A stretch of DNA of 64,000 bases from Gemmatimonadales bacterium (GCA_046260395.1 JBHEPH010000007.1:163-64162), one strand, 5' to 3'. Numbered from the stretch's first letter, positions 9,439-18,946 are shown. Notes: generated by a model not told the origin, from the letters alone. Program-made: numbers and translations.

Positions 9439-9460
9439 GGGGCGCACATCTGTGCGCCCC
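9439..9460. promoter_or_regulatory. perfect 10+10 bp palindrome between the heptad array and dps (operator or terminator stem)
   Basis: GGGGCGCACA tc TGTGCGCCCC, 22 nt upstream of the dps ATG. Confidence 0.5.
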
Positions 9461-9481
9461 GGAACTCAAGCGGGAGTTGAA

Positions 9482-9937
9482 ATGGCAAAGACATCGACGA
9501 AGGCATCCCCGGTTGTGGCACCGCTGGAGCGGCTGCTCGCCGACAGCTACACCCTCTACACCAAGTCCCACAACTACCACTGGAACGTGACGGGGCCGAT
9601 GTTCACGACGCTCCACACGCTCTTTGAGCAGCAGTACACCGAGCTCGCCACTGCCATCGACGAAATCGCCGAGCGGATCCGCTCGCTCGGCGCGCGGGCG
9701 CCGGGGAGCTTCAGCGAGTTCGTGAAACTCGCGAGCGTGCGTGAGGACACCAGCAGCCCGGCCGCGACGAAGATGATCCGCAACCTCCTGGCGGACCAGG
9801 AGGCGGTAGCCAAGTCAGCCCGGCTGGTGGTGGAGGCCGCGGAGAAGGTGAATGACGTCGCCAGCGCCGACTTGGGCACACGGCGGATGGACGTGCACCA
9901 GAAGCACGCCTGGATGCTGCGGAGTCATCTGGAGTAG
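9482..9937 (+). CDS. dps: Dps family DNA-protection/ferritin-like protein
   Basis: LLADSYTLYTKSHNYHWNVTGPMFTTLHTLFEQQY matches the Dps signature. The ATG at 9482 is preferred because the listed 9410 start would read through the repeat and palindrome. Confidence 0.9.
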   Translation: MAKTSTKASPVVAPLERLLADSYTLYTKSHNYHWNVTGPMFTTLHTLFEQQYTELATAIDEIAERIRSLGARAPGSFSEFVKLASVREDTSSPAATKMIRNLLADQEAVAKSARLVVEAAEKVNDVASADLGTRRMDVHQKHAWMLRSHLE

Positions 9938-9976
9938 ATTCAGCCGACCGCCCCCTCTCTCCAATCGAGGTTCCCG

Positions 9977-11413
9977 ATGGTGCCGACGGCTCGCATGCGG
10001 CTTTTGCTTGGCCTTGTCGCAGCGACGATGAGTGTGACGGGGGTGCAGGCGCAGTCCTCCAGCGCCGCCTACACGGCGGCCTATCAACAGAAAGCACTCG
10101 ACGTCTACCGGACGATCATCGGCTATCGTACCGCGGCCGGCCACGGTCAGGTTCCCGCCATGGCCGAATACCTCGCCGAACAGTTTCGCCGCGGCGGGTT
10201 TCCCGCCGCGGATGTGCATCTCATCCGGTTCACCATGAAGACCGGGGAAGAGACGGCGGAGCTGATTGTCCGCTACCGGGGCGACGGCTCGTCCGGGCAG
10301 CGTCCGATCCTGATGCTGGCTCACATGGACGTGGTCGATGCCCTCCCCGAGGACTGGGAGCGGGATCCGTTCACGCTGATCGAGGAGGACGGGTATTTCT
10401 TCGGCCGGGGCAGCCTGGACAACAAGTTCGGGGTGGCGGGGTTGACCGCCACCTTCCTCCGGCTCAAGGCGGAGGGCTTCGTCCCGACGCGCGACCTGAT
10501 CATCGCCTTTACGGGCGATGAGGAGACGGGGATGGAGTCGGCCCGCCGCATGGTGACGGTGCACCGGCACCTGACCGACGCGGAGTTTGCCCTCAACGAT
10601 GATGGTGGGGGCGGCCAGCTCGACGACAGGGGCAAGCCGGTCGCCTACTTCCTGCAGAGCGCCGAGAAGACCTACGCAACCTTTGAGCTGATGGTCACCA
10701 ATCCCGGCGGACACAGCTCGACGCCGCGAACCGACAATGCGATCTACGACCTGGCCAAGGTCCTCACGCGAATCGAGGCCCACCGGTTTCCGGTGATGAC
10801 CACCGAGGCCACCCGGCTGTACCTGCGGGAGATGTCCAAGGTGACGGCGGGGCCGGTCGGGCAGGCGATGGGCCGGCTGGCTGCGGACCCGGCCGATGCG
10901 GCAGCGGCGGAGGTGCTCTGGCACCAGCCCGAGGTGGTGGGGATCACCCGGACGACCTGCGTGGCCACGATGCTGCGGGCTGGCCATGCCGAAAACGCGC
11001 TGCCGCAGTCGGCGACGGCGACGGTGAACTGCCGGATCTTTCCCGGAGTCGAGGTGAGCGACGTGGAGGCCACCTTGCGCCAGGTGGCTGGGCTGGACGG
11101 CCTGCGCATCACCGTGCTGGACGACCCGATGGCGAGCCCGGCCTCGCCGCTCCGGGAGGATGTTGTCGCGGCGGTGACCGCGGCGGTGCACGCCCGCTAT
11201 CCCGGTGTCCCGGTGATCCCCTATATGGCACCCTATGGCACCGACGGCAAGGAGATCCGGGCCGGGGGCATTCCCACCTACGGTGTGATGGGGATTCTCA
11301 TCAAGGACAGCGACATGTTCGCCCACGGGCTGAACGAGCGCGTGCCGGTGGAACAATTCTTCGGGGCCCTTGAGCACTGGAAGGTGATGCTGACGCGGCT
11401 GGCGGGGCGGTAG
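9977..11413 (+). CDS. secreted M20 family metallopeptidase
   Basis: Signal peptide. LMLAHMDVVDALPEDWERDPF and GRGSLDNKFG motifs of the M20/ArgE/DapE/CPG2 family. Confidence 0.85.
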   Translation: MVPTARMRLLLGLVAATMSVTGVQAQSSSAAYTAAYQQKALDVYRTIIGYRTAAGHGQVPAMAEYLAEQFRRGGFPAADVHLIRFTMKTGEETAELIVRYRGDGSSGQRPILMLAHMDVVDALPEDWERDPFTLIEEDGYFFGRGSLDNKFGVAGLTATFLRLKAEGFVPTRDLIIAFTGDEETGMESARRMVTVHRHLTDAEFALNDDGGGGQLDDRGKPVAYFLQSAEKTYATFELMVTNPGGHSSTPRTDNAIYDLAKVLTRIEAHRFPVMTTEATRLYLREMSKVTAGPVGQAMGRLAADPADAAAAEVLWHQPEVVGITRTTCVATMLRAGHAENALPQSATATVNCRIFPGVEVSDVEATLRQVAGLDGLRITVLDDPMASPASPLREDVVAAVTAAVHARYPGVPVIPYMAPYGTDGKEIRAGGIPTYGVMGILIKDSDMFAHGLNERVPVEQFFGALEHWKVMLTRLAGR

Positions 11414-11480
11414 CCCCACCTCGATCCGGATGTGGGGGCTTCCAACAATACGCGGAAACGGCGCCAGGACCGTCAGCGGG

Positions 11481-12137
11481 CTAGCGGGGCTCGTACCCCC
11501 AGGGCGGCGGCGGGGCGGCCACCGGCGTGGCGAGATCGAACTCGTAGCGGATGGAATGACCCATCGTCGGCCAGTGGACCCCATACTGCAGCGTGCTGTC
11601 ATTCACGAAGTCGAAGAACCAGAAGTTGTCCCAGCGCAATGGGAGAATCTCGGCGGTGTGCGCGTCCGCCCGGAAGATCTGCCGAGTGGCCAGCCCCGGG
11701 ACGGGGGCATCCCCGCCGTACTGGGTGATCGTGTCCTCGGTGCCGTCCTCGTGGCGATGGTCGTGCTTGAGGCGGATCGTGCCGCCCACCCGGGTCAGGA
11801 TCCAGTTGCGGGAGCGGTCGTCGTCGAGATGCAGCGGGATGTGGATGCGGTCCTCGCTGCAACTCATGAAGTGGATGACGGCCACCTCCCGTTCCGCGCT
11901 CGCCCGATAGTGCGGCGTGGCATCCGAGACCTTGCCGCGGTAGGCATTCCCGCAGTGAGCCATCAGGGCGGCCCAGAACGCCTCCTGCTCGGCGGGCAGC
12001 CCGATGCTGGCTGCCGCCGGGGAGGGTGGGGCCTCTGCTGCTTCGTCCGGGGCGCCACAGCCGAGCCCAAGGAGGAGGAGAACGAGGAGGAACGGGGACA
12101 CGGTCGAGGCGGATGCAGGGATGGTTGGGAGGGTCAT
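11481..12137 (-). CDS. lipoprotein of unknown function (paralog of 21998..22651)
   Basis: Lipobox LLLLGLGC after MTLPTIPASASTVSPFLLV. Shares RLKHDHRHEDG.ED..TQYGG, ADAHTAE and EFDL..PV..PP.PWG blocks with the other copy. Confidence 0.75.
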   Translation of the reverse strand: MTLPTIPASASTVSPFLLVLLLLGLGCGAPDEAAEAPPSPAAASIGLPAEQEAFWAALMAHCGNAYRGKVSDATPHYRASAEREVAVIHFMSCSEDRIHIPLHLDDDRSRNWILTRVGGTIRLKHDHRHEDGTEDTITQYGGDAPVPGLATRQIFRADAHTAEILPLRWDNFWFFDFVNDSTLQYGVHWPTMGHSIRYEFDLATPVAAPPPPWGYEPR

Positions 12138-12234
12138 GCCTCCCAACATAGCCCGAGGATTGGCGAGGGGCGAGGGGCGGTACCGCCACCACAACTGGCC
12201 GTGAGCACCACGGCGGGAAGGGGAATTGGAGGGC

Positions 12235-12645
12235 TCACTCCTCCGGCAGCCCCTGGCTCATCCGGAACACATGCCCGTCCGGGTGGCGAACGTGGAGTTC
12301 GCGGACTCCCCACTCCATGTCGTGCGGGGCGAAGGTGACGTCCAGCTCTTGGGCCAGGCAATGGCGGTGGAGTGCATTCACGTCCTCCACCCAGACGGAC
12401 ATCCAGGCGCCCCGGTCCTCGGACTCGTTGCCGTCCGGGCCGAACGTCCGCGAGTTGACGCCCCGGCCTCGCCCGCCCTGGCCGTTCACACAAAGAAAAA
12501 TTTCACACCTTCCCGAGGCCACGCAGCCGAAATCGGGGGGCGTGCCCCAGTCCCATTTCCTGGACCAGCCCAGTTTCTTGAACCAGGCAAAGCTTGCCTC
12601 CAGATCCGTGACATTGAGTATCGGGGTGATGGCGTGGGCCTGCAC
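12235..12645 (-). CDS. VOC (glyoxalase/bleomycin-resistance) family protein
   Basis: ITPILNVTDLEASFAWFKKLGW ... GVRELHVRHPDGHVFR. I chose the GTG start at 12645 so the gene does not overlap the upstream gene. The start is uncertain. Confidence 0.75.
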   Translation of the reverse strand: MQAHAITPILNVTDLEASFAWFKKLGWSRKWDWGTPPDFGCVASGRCEIFLCVNGQGGRGRGVNSRTFGPDGNESEDRGAWMSVWVEDVNALHRHCLAQELDVTFAPHDMEWGVRELHVRHPDGHVFRMSQGLPEE

Positions 12646-12697
12646 TGTGCACTCCGAGGAGGGGGTGCCGGGAATGTCGGGCCCGCCGGGGCCGCCG

Positions 12698-13102
12698 TCA
12701 ATGTCCGCGGCCGCGGCGATCGGGTTTCTTGAGGTGTGCCACCGACGCCTGCACCCCCTTTGGCCTGGGCGCCACCAGCTGGTAGGCGTCCCCAATCAGG
12801 TCCTTCACGGCCTTCCAATCCACCCCCTGGTCCAGGTAGACCCCCACCCAGCCGCTGGGCCCCACGTAGGGCGGGCGGAAGTACCGATCACGGTCCGCGG
12901 CGATCATCAACTCCTGGTTCCCGGGGCCGGCCTTGCACCAGACCGATGGCCGCCCGGCACCATGGTGGTTCTCTGGTGAGGCGTACATGGCAAAGAGCTT
13001 GTTCCGGATGCGAACGGTCGGCTCGCCCCACGCCACCACTTCGTGGGCGTCGGGCTGCGCCAGGCAGAGTCGGCGGAGGCGGGGGAGGGGTGAAGCGGGC
13101 AT
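12698..13102 (-). CDS. MmcQ/YjbR family protein
   Basis: 134 aa. EVVAWGEPTVRIRNKLFAMY ... GWVGVYLD pattern typical of the YjbR fold. Confidence 0.7.
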   Translation of the reverse strand: MPASPLPRLRRLCLAQPDAHEVVAWGEPTVRIRNKLFAMYASPENHHGAGRPSVWCKAGPGNQELMIAADRDRYFRPPYVGPSGWVGVYLDQGVDWKAVKDLIGDAYQLVAPRPKGVQASVAHLKKPDRRGRGH

Positions 13103-13133
13103 CCCGGGGAACCTCCGGTGTGTTGGCGCGCGG

Positions 13134-13493
13134 CTAGGCGCGCTCCAGTTCGTCGATGGTTCGGGCGTTTCTCACATTCCCGGTGTTCAGCGTCGACGCG
13201 GGCTCGAACAACAGGACATGCACCTCCTCCTCCGCCACCGGCAGGTGCTCCACGCCGCGGGGAACGATCAGGAACTCCCCCTCGCGGATGGTGACGTCCC
13301 CGTCCCGCAAGCGCATCAGCAGTGTGCCCTTGATCACCAGGAACAGCTCGTCCTCGTGGTCGTGCTGGTGCCACACGAACTCACCGTGGAGCTTGGCCAG
13401 CTTGACCTGCTGGCCATTCAATTCTCCCACGATCCGCGGGCTCCAGTGCTCACAGAAGCCGGCCAACTTCTCGGCGAGGTTGATCGCGTTCAT
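13134..13493 (-). CDS. cupin domain protein
   Basis: GEFVWHQHDHEDELFLVIKGTL ... GEFLIVPRGVEH (cupin motifs 1 and 2). Confidence 0.85.
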   Translation of the reverse strand: MNAINLAEKLAGFCEHWSPRIVGELNGQQVKLAKLHGEFVWHQHDHEDELFLVIKGTLLMRLRDGDVTIREGEFLIVPRGVEHLPVAEEEVHVLLFEPASTLNTGNVRNARTIDELERA

Positions 13494-15166
13494 CCCTCAG
13501 GCTCCTCGGCTGGAGTGACCGGCGCCGGGTCGGGCGCCTGATTGGGGTCCCACAGCTCCCCATACAGGGCCGGGCCGCAGGACGCGCAGATGCCATGGGT
13601 GAAGAGGGCCTCGGAGCGCGACGTGACATACGACTCCACCGACTCCCAGTAGCCCTGGTCGTCGCGGACCTTCTTGCAGTTGGCACAGATGGGGATGAGC
13701 CCCTTCAGGGTGCGGACCTCCGAGAGGGCCGTCCGGAGCTCGTGGTTGGCCATGTTCAGTTCACTGTTGGCGCGGGCCAGCAGTGCCGCCCGCTCCTTGC
13801 CCAGCCGGTTGAACCGGCTCAGGCCGACGATCAGCACCGTCGCGAGCACCAGGATCGCGCCCCCCAGGAGCCCTACGATCCGCTGGCGTGCGATGACGAT
13901 GGCTTGGACTTGGCCTTCCTCCAGCAGCCGAAGATTGTCGCGCTGCTGCTGTTCCACCGCCATCCGGGTCTCCATGGCGGCAACGCGATGGGCCGCCGCC
14001 TGGGCGAAGACGGTGTCCCGCAGCGCGAAGTGGGCCCGCAGGTGGCTGAGGGCCGCCGCCGCATTGCCCCGATCCTCTTCGAGGGACGCCAGCTCGGCGA
14101 GCGCCTCCAATGCCGTCGTGCGTTGGGTTCCTGCGCGGGCGAACTCCAGGGACTGCGTAAACGCTGCCATGGCCCGCGGGCCCTGCCCCATGGCACGATA
14201 CGCCTGGCCGAGGTACAGGTTGGTCCGGGCCTGCCCGCGCAGGCTGTTGCTCCGCACGGCGATGGCATGGACCGCCCCGAGCGGTTCCAGGGCCGCGGCA
14301 GGATTCCCCTCTCGAATGTGAAGCTGCCCCAGGCCGAGCATGGCCAGCGACCAGCCACTGGCCGAGTCGGCTGCGGACAGCTGGGGGTGACCCGCCTGGT
14401 AGAGCGCCAGCGACTCCTCGAGGTGAAGTCGCGCGGCCGCAAAATCCCCGCGGTCCGTGTGCAGGACACCCAGGGAATTCAGGGCGTAGCCGATGGCCCC
14501 CGGATCCTCGACCTCCCGGGCCACCGCAACCGCTTCTTCGAGCGTGGGCAGCGCCCGATCAAACTGGCGCCAGTCGTGGTAGACCTTGCCAATGTTGGTC
14601 AGCACAAGCGCCACGCCGCGCCGGTCTCCCGCCTCGCGACGGATGGCCAGCGAGTGCAGGAAGGATTCCAGGGCCAGCTCGTAGTCGCCTTCCTGGTAGT
14701 GGGTGGCGCCGATGGTGTTGAGGACCCGGCCCAGACCGGCGCGGTCCCCGGTCAGCTCGCGCACCCGCCGGGCCTCGGTCAGGTGCACGAGCGCGCTGTC
14801 GTAGCGGGTGGCGCTCCAGTGGCGAAGCCCCAGCGCATTGTGCGCGGCGGCGAGGGTGGTGGAATCATCCGCCCCGCGCGCAAAGACGATGGCGCCCCGC
14901 CACGCCTCCATCGCCGCCTGACTGTTGCCCTCGGCCTGCCGGGCCTCCGCCAGCCGCTGGTAGGCCAGGGCGATCGCCGCGGAGTCCCGGCCCTCCAGGA
15001 GGGCGATGAGGGACCGCTGGAGCTGCTCGCTCGTGGCGGCGGTGTCCTGTGCCGGAAGCAGTGGAGCCGCGGCGAGCGAACACAGCAGCAGGAGGTGGCA
15101 TCGCCTGGCGGTGGGGCTGGGGTACGCGGAGGCGGGTCGTACCAAAAGGCGGGAGAGGACTGGCAT
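13490..15166 (-). CDS. TPR-repeat sensor-like protein with TM helix, coiled coil and C-terminal CxxC...CxxC module
   Basis: N-terminal signal, about 8 TPRs and a TM helix (IVGLLGGAILVLATVLIVGL). C-terminus is LKGLIPICANCKKVRDDQGYWESVESYV...FTHGICASCG. ATGA overlap with the cupin gene. Confidence 0.8.
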   Translation of the reverse strand: MPVLSRLLVRPASAYPSPTARRCHLLLLCSLAAAPLLPAQDTAATSEQLQRSLIALLEGRDSAAIALAYQRLAEARQAEGNSQAAMEAWRGAIVFARGADDSTTLAAAHNALGLRHWSATRYDSALVHLTEARRVRELTGDRAGLGRVLNTIGATHYQEGDYELALESFLHSLAIRREAGDRRGVALVLTNIGKVYHDWRQFDRALPTLEEAVAVAREVEDPGAIGYALNSLGVLHTDRGDFAAARLHLEESLALYQAGHPQLSAADSASGWSLAMLGLGQLHIREGNPAAALEPLGAVHAIAVRSNSLRGQARTNLYLGQAYRAMGQGPRAMAAFTQSLEFARAGTQRTTALEALAELASLEEDRGNAAAALSHLRAHFALRDTVFAQAAAHRVAAMETRMAVEQQQRDNLRLLEEGQVQAIVIARQRIVGLLGGAILVLATVLIVGLSRFNRLGKERAALLARANSELNMANHELRTALSEVRTLKGLIPICANCKKVRDDQGYWESVESYVTSRSEALFTHGICASCGPALYGELWDPNQAPDPAPVTPAEEPEG

Positions 15167-15238
15167 TGCCGCGAAAGAAGTCGGTCGTGGGGGTGTATTG
15201 TCAATGCGGGCCGGCCTATCGGCCAGACTGCGGCTGGT

Positions 15239-17203
15239 TCAGCGCCCTCCCCCTGGCCGCGGCGCCATGGTGCGCATGGTGCGAAGGTTGCCGCCCTCGA
15301 GCGCCGATCGCAGCGCGGATGGCTCGTAGACCCGCCCCGCCCGGATGACGTGGGTCAGCCGCCGGAGGTCCTCCACCCGCTCCGCCGGGCGGCCATCCAC
15401 GACCAGCACGTCCGCCACCTTGCCAACCTCAATGCTGCCGTACTCCCCGTCATCGCCCATCACCCGCGCCGACGTGATGGTGGCCAGCTGGAGGACCTCG
15501 GCGGCCGGGATGCCCGCCCGCTCGTATACCTCGAGCTCCGCGTTGTAGCTGCTGCCATCGGTGCCCGGCACGACCGGGACGCCGGCGTCGTGGAGTCGCT
15601 TGATGGCGCGGAGATAATTGGCGTCCGCAAGGCGCCCCAGAGAATCGAACGCCTGGGCTGGGATGCCGGTCACCGATGGGCCGACCCCGCTGCGGGCCGA
15701 CATCCAGAGGTTCCAGGTGCCATCCATGACGGTTCCGCGCTCCCGGAACAGCTCGATCATCGCGGTCATCTCGGGGCCGTCCACGTCGACCGCCGCCGCC
15801 ACGGTTGCCGCCACCGCGGAGTAGGCACGCATCCGGGGCAGGTACAGGGAATCCTGGTAAAAGGTGCTGAAGAGGAACGCGGCGTGGTTGATCTCGTCGA
15901 AGCCCAGGCGCACCGCCGTCGGCGTGGTGATACCGCGCGGGACATGGCCGCTCAGGCGCATGCCTCGACGATGGGTCTCCTCGGCGATCACCGGGATCAG
16001 GTCCGGGTGCACCAGGTTGTACAGCTTGATCTGGCGGTAGCCGAGGGAATCGTACCGCGCCACCCACGCCCGCGCCTCGCTCTCGTCGCGCGCGATCGCC
16101 TCGGTGGGACCCGCCCAGGCGCCGGGGCCCTCGATGAAGCCGCCCAGGATGACACGCGGAGACACGATCATGCCGCGGTCGGCGCGGTCGCGGTGAGAGA
16201 CCGCCACGTCGAGGTCGGCCGCGAGGTCGCGGATGGTGGTGACGCCGGTCGCCAGTTGCGAGAGGGCGGTGCCGGATTGGCTGGTGAGCTGGAAGTGGGT
16301 GTGCATGTCCCACATCCCTGGCATCACGGTCTTGCCCGTGGCATCAATCACCCGGGCACCCGCCGGAATACTCACGGAACCCGCAGGGCCAACCGCGGTG
16401 ATTCGTTCACCCTGGATGATGACAGTGGTACGGGGCACGATCGTGCCACGCTCACTGTCGAAGAGGTCGCCGTTGACGATCGCCACCGCCGGCACCGCGG
16501 CGGGTGCCAGCTCCCGGGCCAGGGCCTCGGCGACGCTGTTGCGGTAGGCAATCTCGAGGGCCCGGAAGGTCGGGAGGGCGTCCTGGTAGCCGCGTCGTAC
16601 CGTGATGAACCATCCCACCGCGCTGGCCACCAGACTGCCATCGGCATCGAGCCAGACCGCGGCGGGGTTGCGACCGCCGGCATGGACCAGCGCCAGCCGG
16701 ACACGTCGCGAACCGAGAGGCAGGCGCACCACGGTGTCCGCAATGACCTCCACCCGAGCGGGTGTGCCTGCATTCACGAGCCGCGCGGTGCTGTCCCGCT
16801 GCCGCAGCGCGTATTGGGCAAGTAGCGCCAGGTCGTACGGTGTGGCGTTGCCCAGACGATAGAACGCGCCGGGTGCCCGAGGAGCGCTTCGCGCTGAGTC
16901 GTTGGCCGTCCACCGGAGCTCGTTGGCCACCACCTCGAACCGGTCGATTGGATCAGGCGTGCCTGGCGGGCCGTAGAGCGGGAGCTGCCACGTGGCGCCG
17001 CCCACCACCTGCTGGCCGGAGAAGCGGTAGCGCACCTCGGCGCGGCGGCCGCGATTGCGGTCCACGTGGTGATAGCGGACCGTGACCGAATCGGCGGTGC
17101 GCAGCACGAGCATCTCGCCGGCGGGGCGCCCGTGGTTCAGGACGTCGTAGGCTGTCGTGTCCTGGACGCCGACGGCGAAGATGAGCAGGGAGGCAAGGAG
17201 CAT
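15239..17203 (-). CDS. secreted amidohydrolase family protein
   Basis: MPGMWDMHTHF metal-binding motif and a C-terminal GTD..S.... block. Signal peptide MLLASLLIFAVG. Alternative starts at 17239 and 17251. Confidence 0.8.
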   Translation of the reverse strand: MLLASLLIFAVGVQDTTAYDVLNHGRPAGEMLVLRTADSVTVRYHHVDRNRGRRAEVRYRFSGQQVVGGATWQLPLYGPPGTPDPIDRFEVVANELRWTANDSARSAPRAPGAFYRLGNATPYDLALLAQYALRQRDSTARLVNAGTPARVEVIADTVVRLPLGSRRVRLALVHAGGRNPAAVWLDADGSLVASAVGWFITVRRGYQDALPTFRALEIAYRNSVAEALARELAPAAVPAVAIVNGDLFDSERGTIVPRTTVIIQGERITAVGPAGSVSIPAGARVIDATGKTVMPGMWDMHTHFQLTSQSGTALSQLATGVTTIRDLAADLDVAVSHRDRADRGMIVSPRVILGGFIEGPGAWAGPTEAIARDESEARAWVARYDSLGYRQIKLYNLVHPDLIPVIAEETHRRGMRLSGHVPRGITTPTAVRLGFDEINHAAFLFSTFYQDSLYLPRMRAYSAVAATVAAAVDVDGPEMTAMIELFRERGTVMDGTWNLWMSARSGVGPSVTGIPAQAFDSLGRLADANYLRAIKRLHDAGVPVVPGTDGSSYNAELEVYERAGIPAAEVLQLATITSARVMGDDGEYGSIEVGKVADVLVVDGRPAERVEDLRRLTHVIRAGRVYEPSALRSALEGGNLRTMRTMAPRPGGGR

Positions 17204-17277
17204 GGATCGTGTCCTGGGCGGGTCTGGGGTCAACTCCATGGCGGAGGCCACGGCGGCACTGCGGTGTCCAGCATCGA

Positions 17278-18681
17278 TTATGGTGTGAGCCGCTCCAGCG
17301 CCGCCGTCCGTCCCACCACCACCAGCAATTCGTTCACCGGTTCGCTCACCGTGCTGCCGGTCAGCGCCACCCGGATCGGCTGCATTGCATCGCCCAGCTT
17401 GAGGCCATGTGCCTCAGCAGCGGATTTGATGACCTCCAACAGGTGGTCGGCCGTCCACTCCGCCTCGGGCACCGCATCGAGGGCCGCCCTCATCAGCGCC
17501 AGGTTCTGGCCGTAGGCCTCACCGAGCTTGGCCACCAGCTTCTCACCCTTCTCATCCCGGCCCGGGGGGCCTTGGATCCGGACCGCGACCTGCTCCGCCA
17601 CATGCAGTATCGTGCGCGACCGTGCCTTGACGGCATCAATGAGCGCGTCGAGGTCGCGTCCGTTCGCGCCCACACCCAGGATGCCAAGCTGGCGCTCCAC
17701 CGGGGCGCGCAGCTCCGCCGCCGGCAGCGCCGAGAGATACTGCCCGTTCATCCATTCAAGCTTGGCGGTGTCGAAGACCGCCGGCTTCTTTTGGATCCCC
17801 TCCAGGCTGAAGCGCGCGACCAGCTCCTCCTCCGACATGATCTCCAGGTCATTGCCCGGGCTCCAGCCCAGCAGCGCGAGGAAGTTGCGCATGGCGGCCG
17901 GGAGGATGCCCATGTCCTGGTAGTCGCCGACGGCGGTGGCGCCGTGCCGCTTGCTGAGTTTCTTGCCGTCATCACCCAGGATCATCGGGACGTGGGCAAA
18001 GATCGGCTCCGGCGCGCCAAGGGCCCGGTAGAGCGCCACCTGCTTGGGCGTGTTGCTGATGTGGTCGTCGCCGCGGATCACGTGGGTGATCCGCATCTCG
18101 ATGTCATCGGAGACGACGGCCAGGTTGTAGATCGGCGTGCCGTCGGTGCGGAGGAGGACGAGGTCGTCGAGGTCGCTGCCTTGGAAGCTGATCCGGCCGT
18201 GCACCGCGTCGTCCCAGGCAATCTCGCCCTCCGGCATGCGGAAGCGGACCACGAAGGGATCCCCGCGCTCCACGCGCGTGGCGACCTCCTCCGCCGGAAG
18301 GCGCGCACAGCGGCGGTCGTACCGGAAGGCGTGGCTGCCGACGGTGGCCTGCGCCCGCTGCGCATCCAGTTCCTCCTTCGTGCAGAAGCACCGGTAGGCC
18401 TTCCCATCAGCCAGCAGGCGCAAGGCGTCGGCGCGGTGGCGCTCGCCATAGCCACCTTGGAAGTACGGCCCCTCGTCCCAGGTGATCCCGAGCCAGGTCA
18501 GGCCGTCGAGGATGACCTGGGTGTGCGCGTCGGTGCTGCGCTCCTGGTCGGTGTCCTCGATGCGCAGGACGTGGACGCCCCCCAGCTTGCGCGCCAGCAG
18601 CCAGTTGAAGAGCGCCGTGCGGGCACCCCCGACGTGGAGATAGCCGGTGGGGGAGGGGGCGAAGCGGACGCGTGGTTGCAT
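17278..18681 (-). CDS. gltX: glutamate--tRNA ligase
   Basis: MQPRVRFAPSPTGYLHVGGARTALFNWL (HIGH region) and KLSKRHG (KMSKS). The listed 18774 start reads through the heptad repeat. Confidence 0.95.
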   Translation of the reverse strand: MQPRVRFAPSPTGYLHVGGARTALFNWLLARKLGGVHVLRIEDTDQERSTDAHTQVILDGLTWLGITWDEGPYFQGGYGERHRADALRLLADGKAYRCFCTKEELDAQRAQATVGSHAFRYDRRCARLPAEEVATRVERGDPFVVRFRMPEGEIAWDDAVHGRISFQGSDLDDLVLLRTDGTPIYNLAVVSDDIEMRITHVIRGDDHISNTPKQVALYRALGAPEPIFAHVPMILGDDGKKLSKRHGATAVGDYQDMGILPAAMRNFLALLGWSPGNDLEIMSEEELVARFSLEGIQKKPAVFDTAKLEWMNGQYLSALPAAELRAPVERQLGILGVGANGRDLDALIDAVKARSRTILHVAEQVAVRIQGPPGRDEKGEKLVAKLGEAYGQNLALMRAALDAVPEAEWTADHLLEVIKSAAEAHGLKLGDAMQPIRVALTGSTVSEPVNELLVVVGRTAALERLTP

Positions 18682-18687
18682 GGGCAC

Positions 18688-18772
18688 AGGGAGGAGCGAG
18701 AAGTAAGAAGGGAGAAGGGAGAAGTCAGAAGGGAGCAGGAACCCTGCTTCTCGCTTCTCGCTTCTCCCTTCC
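18688..18772. repeat. heptad purine-arm / pyrimidine-arm inverted repeat element
   Basis: The purine arm agggaggagcgagaagtaagaagggagaagggagaagtcagaagggagcagg is followed by a 3-nt loop (aac), then the pyrimidine arm cctgcttctcgcttctcgcttctcccttcc. It fills the gap between tRNA-Ser and the gltX start. Confidence 0.9.
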
Positions 18773-18813
18773 AACTGACGCCGATCGTGGCAGGCATCGA
18801 AGCACCGCCACCA

Positions 18814-18904
<91 letters not shown>

Positions 18905-18946
18905 AGCGAGGGGGAAACTTCGCACCGGAGCCCGCCCGCGGCAAGC

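Noticed and set aside
13595-16825. Very long antisense ORFs. Examples: 13595..16825 +, 23358..26177 +, 36066..38450 +, 49511..51901 -, 3550..5673 -, 6480..8354 -, 38823..40592 -, 17209..18843 +, 19265..21121 +.
   Set aside because: All lie opposite genes with unmistakable family signatures (amidohydrolase, histidine kinase, valS, nnr/thiL, dinG, thrS, gltX, antiporter). Their translations are Arg/Pro/Gly/His-rich low-complexity strings. This is the typical stop-codon-poor shadow frame of very GC-rich DNA.
17278-18774. N-terminal extensions of track ORFs: gltX to 18774, DUF2723 to 29887, Leu dehydrogenase to 45643, nnr to 49104, dps to 9410.
   Set aside because: The extra residues (FSLLPSYFSLLP, HCLLLTAHCLL and similar) are translations of the heptad repeat elements. 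Canonical N-termini start at internal ATGs immediately downstream.
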